NCBI RefSeq assembly: GCF_000760515.2
Contig: NW_013546401.1
Span: 1 to 38,735 of the forward strand
Origin: Mitosporidium daphniae
Lineage: Eukaryota
DNA: 38,735 nucleotides
Direction of reading: 5' to 3'
The notes under the pieces were generated by a model that was not told the DNA's origin, did no database searches, and was given only the letters and a program-made list of their open reading frames with translations. Below are positions 34,701 to 38,735 of the stretch, piece after piece. A program made the position numbers and the translations under genes. Within the stretch, counting starts at the first letter, position 1. The number at the start of each line of letters is the position of its first letter.

Positions 34701-35411
34701 AAGCAGGCCTGAAATTACGAATCCAATACAATACCGGACCTGTGCAAAGCATCTTTGCAAACAATGACAACAATATTGGAGTCGTGGAGCTTCAGCCAGC
34801 AGGCCATCGCCTGTACGAACTCAAATACAGTTTGTCTCAAAGGAGGCATCCAGGACAGATCTCCCAACGCCTCTGAAAACGAGTGGGCAATCCTCGATGG
34901 GTCAAAGCAAACACAAAACTCCTCCACAAGCAGGGATGAAAGATTCCAGATAAAATAATGGCCGCCATACCTATAGTTTAAAAGCTGAATGCAACATTGC
35001 TTCCAAATATAAGCCAAGCTGCGACACGTTAAATAGGTGTCCATTTGGAATGTCAACATCATTTGCTTGATCTTCAAACGAGGAATTGTGCCCAATAATT
35101 AAAATGCGCTTGGAAATGGAAAACACATTGAATTCGGCAACGTCTTGGTCTGCATGGTGCGAAAAAGAATACCTGCCAGTAAAAAATTTAATAATCAACC
35201 CTAATACTTTGGACGAAAGCTGCTTAAACAAGGAGACCTTGCCAAATATGGAGCTCAAAAAATCTTGTTTCGACATTGTCGGTTCGTTTTTCTTTGCTTG
35301 TGATAGGGCTTGAAACTTCAAAATAGATGGCTTATGCCAGGACAAAGGATTTTCAGATTGCCCAAATACTGAGGAGGTCAGCAGTGAATCAGTGAAGGCC
35401 TCTTTATCCAT
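31725..35411 (-). CDS. Formin with N-terminal PTEN-like phosphatase and C2 domains, UBA-like segment, FH1 and FH2; introns 34971-34995, 34709-34734, 33648-33676, 32922-32948, 32812-32836
   Basis: PTEN-like: HYFIWNLS, PPLRQTVFEFVQAMACWL..NIVVIVCKDALHRSGLLISC. C2: LRQIIVNTIPKF..FSPGIAIFQ, EDIYFRLFH, LYFNT. FH1 polyproline tracts. FH2: LDWK..GTIW, LIDLRRANNIAI, GVRISSLSRL..KTLLHFI. All junctions are in frame. Confidence 0.85.
33251..33299 (-). repeat. Trinucleotide microsatellite encoding poly-Thr/poly-Ser in the formin FH1 region
   Basis: (gat/gac)n followed by (gtt)n on the + strand; reads TTTTTTSSSSSSSSSSS on the - strand. Confidence 0.85.
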
Positions 35412-35613
35412 CGAAATTGAACTATCCAAATTTGCTCCCTTAAATTGCAATTTCTTATCAAAAATAAAATTTACACTTTGAGTTTCGGCTTTGCTAAATT
35501 TAATGAATATTTTAGGTTCAACCCAGCAGCCCCAATGCAGTTGAATTTAAAAAATTAAAAAAGATCTCCGTGAGCCAGCATCGATAGCACCAGCCCTTTT
35601 TTCCGTTTCGAAA

Positions 35614-36712
35614 ATGACTGTTGCAAAGCAATCCAAAAAACAGCCACAAAGCGATATTGTTTGCCCGCAATGCAAAACGACCTCATATCTTAACCCGTCG
35701 ATAAAGATATTTATGTCCACGTGCTTCCATAGAATGTATTTATCGATGCTAAAAATTTAGGTGTAATTCGTGCGTTGACCGAATTTTTCTGCTGGGTGCT
35801 GCTCCGTGTCCCGTGTGTAATCTGATCTTGAGAAAGTCTAACTTGTCGCCTCAGCTATTTGACGATATCCTGGTAGAGAAAGAGTGCAGAATTAGGAAAT
35901 CTATCCATTCTTAGTATGCTCGCTTTTAATGTTTAGTATGAACTTGATTGAACCAGACTTTGATAGCTATCTTTCCTACAATAATTATCTTGAGAAAGTG
36001 GAAGACTACAGTACGTGTGTTTGCCCTCATTTTAATAGCCTTCAAGCTTTTGGAAGCCAATGGGAAAGACGAAAGCATATATGACGAGCTCGAAAAGTTT
36101 AAAGAGGAGCATCTGATGAATATCACAAAAAATGCCAAGCTTCAAGTATGTCACGTTTGTCTTTATGCCTGTCGCTTCTAGAATGACGAGGCCACCCGGC
36201 TTAGGATGCAAATTAAGTTTGAAGAGTCCGAAAAGGCACGCCGCGAACATGACCACTTGGCCAATATCAAAAGGGCCAACTATGAGAAAATTTCTACAAA
36301 AGCTACGCTGTTAACTGAGCTTGTATCGTTGCCATATTATCATTTATTTTAGGAAACATCGAGTAAGCCTGCAACGATTATCTTGGAGAAATCCTTTTCA
36401 AGAGCAAAAGCCTCGACCACTACGTACCTTCCATCGTCGATCAGCAAAAAGCTAGCAGAAAACTTGCCATCCTTTGATGAGAACACAATAATGAGCATTG
36501 AAGATGATGCCCAAGAAGATCTGCCCCCCTTTGATCCGCTAGAGGGATGTATAAAACTCGCTTTGCCATTTGATATCTCCCAAGTGTTGCATGATCCCAT
36601 CTTAGATGGCTGGATATGCCGAATCGATGTTGTTGCAGGCGGATGCAAGCCGCACATTTTCCAAGAAAGGGCTCTTCATAGCTCATATGCGATTGTCAAT
36701 ACTACACCATAA
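35614..36712 (+). CDS. TFB3: TFIIH/CAK assembly factor Mat1 (Tfb3), RING finger, multi-exon (first intron 35736-35760)
   Basis: CPQCKTTSYLNPSIKIFMSTCFHRM|CNSCVDRIFLLGAAPCPVC..LRK, FDDILVEKECRIRK, YNNYLEKVED, C-terminal AGGC...RAL. Confidence 0.9.
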
Positions 36713-36722
36713 AGTTTTATTT

Positions 36723-37001
36723 TTATAACTCCGTTGTTGATGCTAACCGTTCACGTACCAATTCTTTAATCTTATCATCTGTCATCTCGTCTAGGCGAGT
36801 AAGTTTTGGTAGAATTCTTCGGTGTAGATCAGAAGAAATGTTTTTTGGAGCGTAGGAGGAGAAATCCAAAGCTTCTGGAAGCGGTTTTTCCAGGAGCATC
36901 TTGGATTTTTGGATGGTTTCGTTGGCGGACTCTTCTAATCTAGTGTGGTATGTAGATGGAAGCGAAAACGTTTGCCGTTCAGAGGATGACGGGGTTTGCA
37001 T
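36723..37001 (-). CDS. CWF18: Spliceosomal Cwf18/CCDC12-like protein (short)
   Basis: LDFSSYAPKNISSDLHRRILPKLTRLDEMTDDKIKELVRERL matches the family C-terminal pattern (LAP+K..DL+R....KL..L...T...I..L+RERL). An AT-rich motif precedes the ATG. Confidence 0.75.
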   Translation of the reverse strand: MQTPSSSERQTFSLPSTYHTRLEESANETIQKSKMLLEKPLPEALDFSSYAPKNISSDLHRRILPKLTRLDEMTDDKIKELVRERLASTTEL

Positions 37002-37084
37002 GTTTTTATTAAAATTTAAAAAAATTTACAAGCCCCTTGGAATTTACTTATTGCTATTTTACAGGAATTTTTAATTATTCTACA

Positions 37085-37404
37085 ATGCTTAACGATAAAG
37101 GAGAATTCATTGATCTGTACATCCCTCGTAAATGGTACCCGCATGCTCATCTCTTATACCCTGTAGCTCTGCTACTGGACGCCTGATTTCAGCTAAAGAT
37201 CACGCTTCCGTGCAAATCAACATCGCCGAGGTTGATGAAAATGGTCTTGCTACTGGAAAATCCCATCCATATGCACTTTCGGGCTTTATTCGCTCGTCCG
37301 GTCAGGCAGACGATTCTCTCAATCGTCTTGCCACCAGCGACGGCTTTCTTCAAAGGTATTTCTTGTGCTTTTATTTTTCTAGCGTCTGGAAATCGATCTA
37401 TTAA
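37085..37404 (+). CDS. RPS21: 40S ribosomal protein eS21; introns 37135-37166 and 37356-37382
   Basis: [43 protein letters not shown]...[17 protein letters not shown]. Confidence 0.97.
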
Positions 37405-37454
37405 AGATTTTAAATAATAAACTTTTACATTTAATTTTAAGAACAATTTTCTTG

Positions 37455-38735
37455 ATGGCCGTACATCTTGGCGACATTAATGAAATCTTTGAGGGGCTAA
37501 AGTCAAAGTAGGCCTCTTCTTCTCTTCTCTTTTAGGAACCCATTTAGCAGGGAAACCTTTATAAAGGAGCTTGATATGCATGTATATTTTCTTTTCTTTC
37601 CAGTTAGCTTCATGCACTTTCTCGCTTATATTTTGGAGACATGTTTGCCAAGTTTTCTTTAGAAATTTTCAACATTATCCATGCATATTTATCTTCAGAT
37701 CATCCATGCAACCATTATGCTGCATTGATTGCCATCGGTAGCTGTACTGGGCTCCTTACATATAGATCTTTTGATTGACATATCTTGTGAAGACCTTGTT
37801 ATGAAAATGAATAGGTATATGGGATATTTACGAATCATATATCCTCCAGAGGAACCAGAAATAATGTACTTGGCTGCCAAAATCATTACCAAGTTGATCC
37901 TTTCTGGGGGGAGATTATGCTCCGAGTTCAAGGATTTTGAAATATCAAGATCTCTTCGGTGGATCCAAAGTAGCCAGTTGCTTTCCTTTTATCTTAGTGA
38001 AAAAAGGAAACAAACGGCTAATGGGCTTGATTCTCATAAGGCAGCTGATCCTATCCGTGCCAAACGCACTATCCAATTACATTCCTCAACTGTTGAGCAT
38101 CATTTGGGAGCCCTTCAAGGATCCCCATGTAATGTGTGCCATTTTAAACTCGTATCTAGGAGCTAGTGAGAGATGAAGCGTTTTTTGTGCTCTCCGAAGT
38201 TTTTAACGTCATTTTCCCGATCTTTCCAAATATGAGGCCTCAATGTCTATCAAGAGCAATGTCGGAAATCTTGCTGGGACTTAAAAGCAGCACAAAAGAG
38301 GATGTCCACTTTTCAATCCTGCTTTTGAGGCTGGTCCTCCTTCACGATGATAATGTATGGCTTGCATTTTATCTTTAGAGCCTCAACAGATCGTTTACGG
38401 ATATCATCCATTATTTGCTCAAATTGAAAGACTCGAGGGATCTTGATCTTCGAAGGGAAATCATCGAAATCATTCCAGACTTGGCTCAATATGCATGCAA
38501 CGAATTTTCGGCAAATTTCTTGCAAGTTTGGATGTGTTATTTTATAAAGCTGCTACGTCCCAGTAAGGAGCAGCGATTTGGTATTTTGATTTGTATCCTC
38601 AATGCGTAGTGTTCAATGCGATTTCGCGTCTTGTGCAAATTTTCAAGGAATCGATGACTGTTTTTTTTAGGGACATTTTTGATTCCATCAGAGAATTTTT
38701 GACACGAAGGCTGAAGAAAAAGCCGGCCTCCTTAC
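37455..38735 (+). CDS. TOR: TOR kinase, N-terminal HEAT repeats; multi-exon, runs off the window end
   Basis: IFEGLKSK|NPFSRE..KEL; IDLLIDI..RYMGYLRII..PEIMYLAAKIITKLILSGG..EFKDFEISRSLRWIQ; IWEPFKDP; KDSRDLDLRREIIEIIPDLAQY. These parallel the mTOR/Tor2 N-terminus. First intron 37508-37535. Confidence 0.8.

Noticed and set aside
1518..38735. Fragmented ORFs as frameshifted pseudogenes
   Set aside because: Where checked, the breaks are resolved by short GT-AG introns that restore conserved motifs.
3858..38735. TRA1 and TOR, or the chromatin and replication genes, as a functional gene cluster
   Set aside because: They are interspersed with unrelated housekeeping genes; proximity is expected in a gene-dense genome.

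Overview
This is eukaryotic DNA from an extremely compact, intron-rich genome. Genes are usually separated by about 10-200 bp and introns are mostly 24-36 nt GT-AG, which suggests an early-diverging microsporidian relative (Rozellomycota, Mitosporidium-like). That taxonomy is inference; a mitochondrial pyrimidine carrier is retained. Manual splicing of the ORF fragments gives 18 protein genes: an orphan membrane protein (5'-truncated), PRP18, a METTL6/TRM140-type m3C tRNA methyltransferase, a giant TRA1/TRRAP, RRP4, UBC2/RAD6, RIM2, CAC2, Tof1/Timeless, ISWI, TRAP-beta, dolichol kinase, eL20, a formin, MAT1/TFB3, Cwf18/CCDC12, RPS21 and the start of TOR. Highlights: (1) a formin with PTEN-like phosphatase (CX5R intact) + C2 + UBA-like + FH1 + degenerate FH2; (2) a structured, Sm-site-containing RNA candidate directly after the TRA1 stop, with U1-like hairpins but a telomere-template-like 9-mer in place of the U1 5' end; (3) a 28-bp bidirectional promoter between CAC2 and Tof1; (4) micro-introns with relaxed 3' splice sites and many 3n stop-free cases, alongside an altered Prp18 conserved loop; (5) a 12.5-kb uninterrupted TRA1 exon. 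All calls come from motif recognition by eye; no searches were run.
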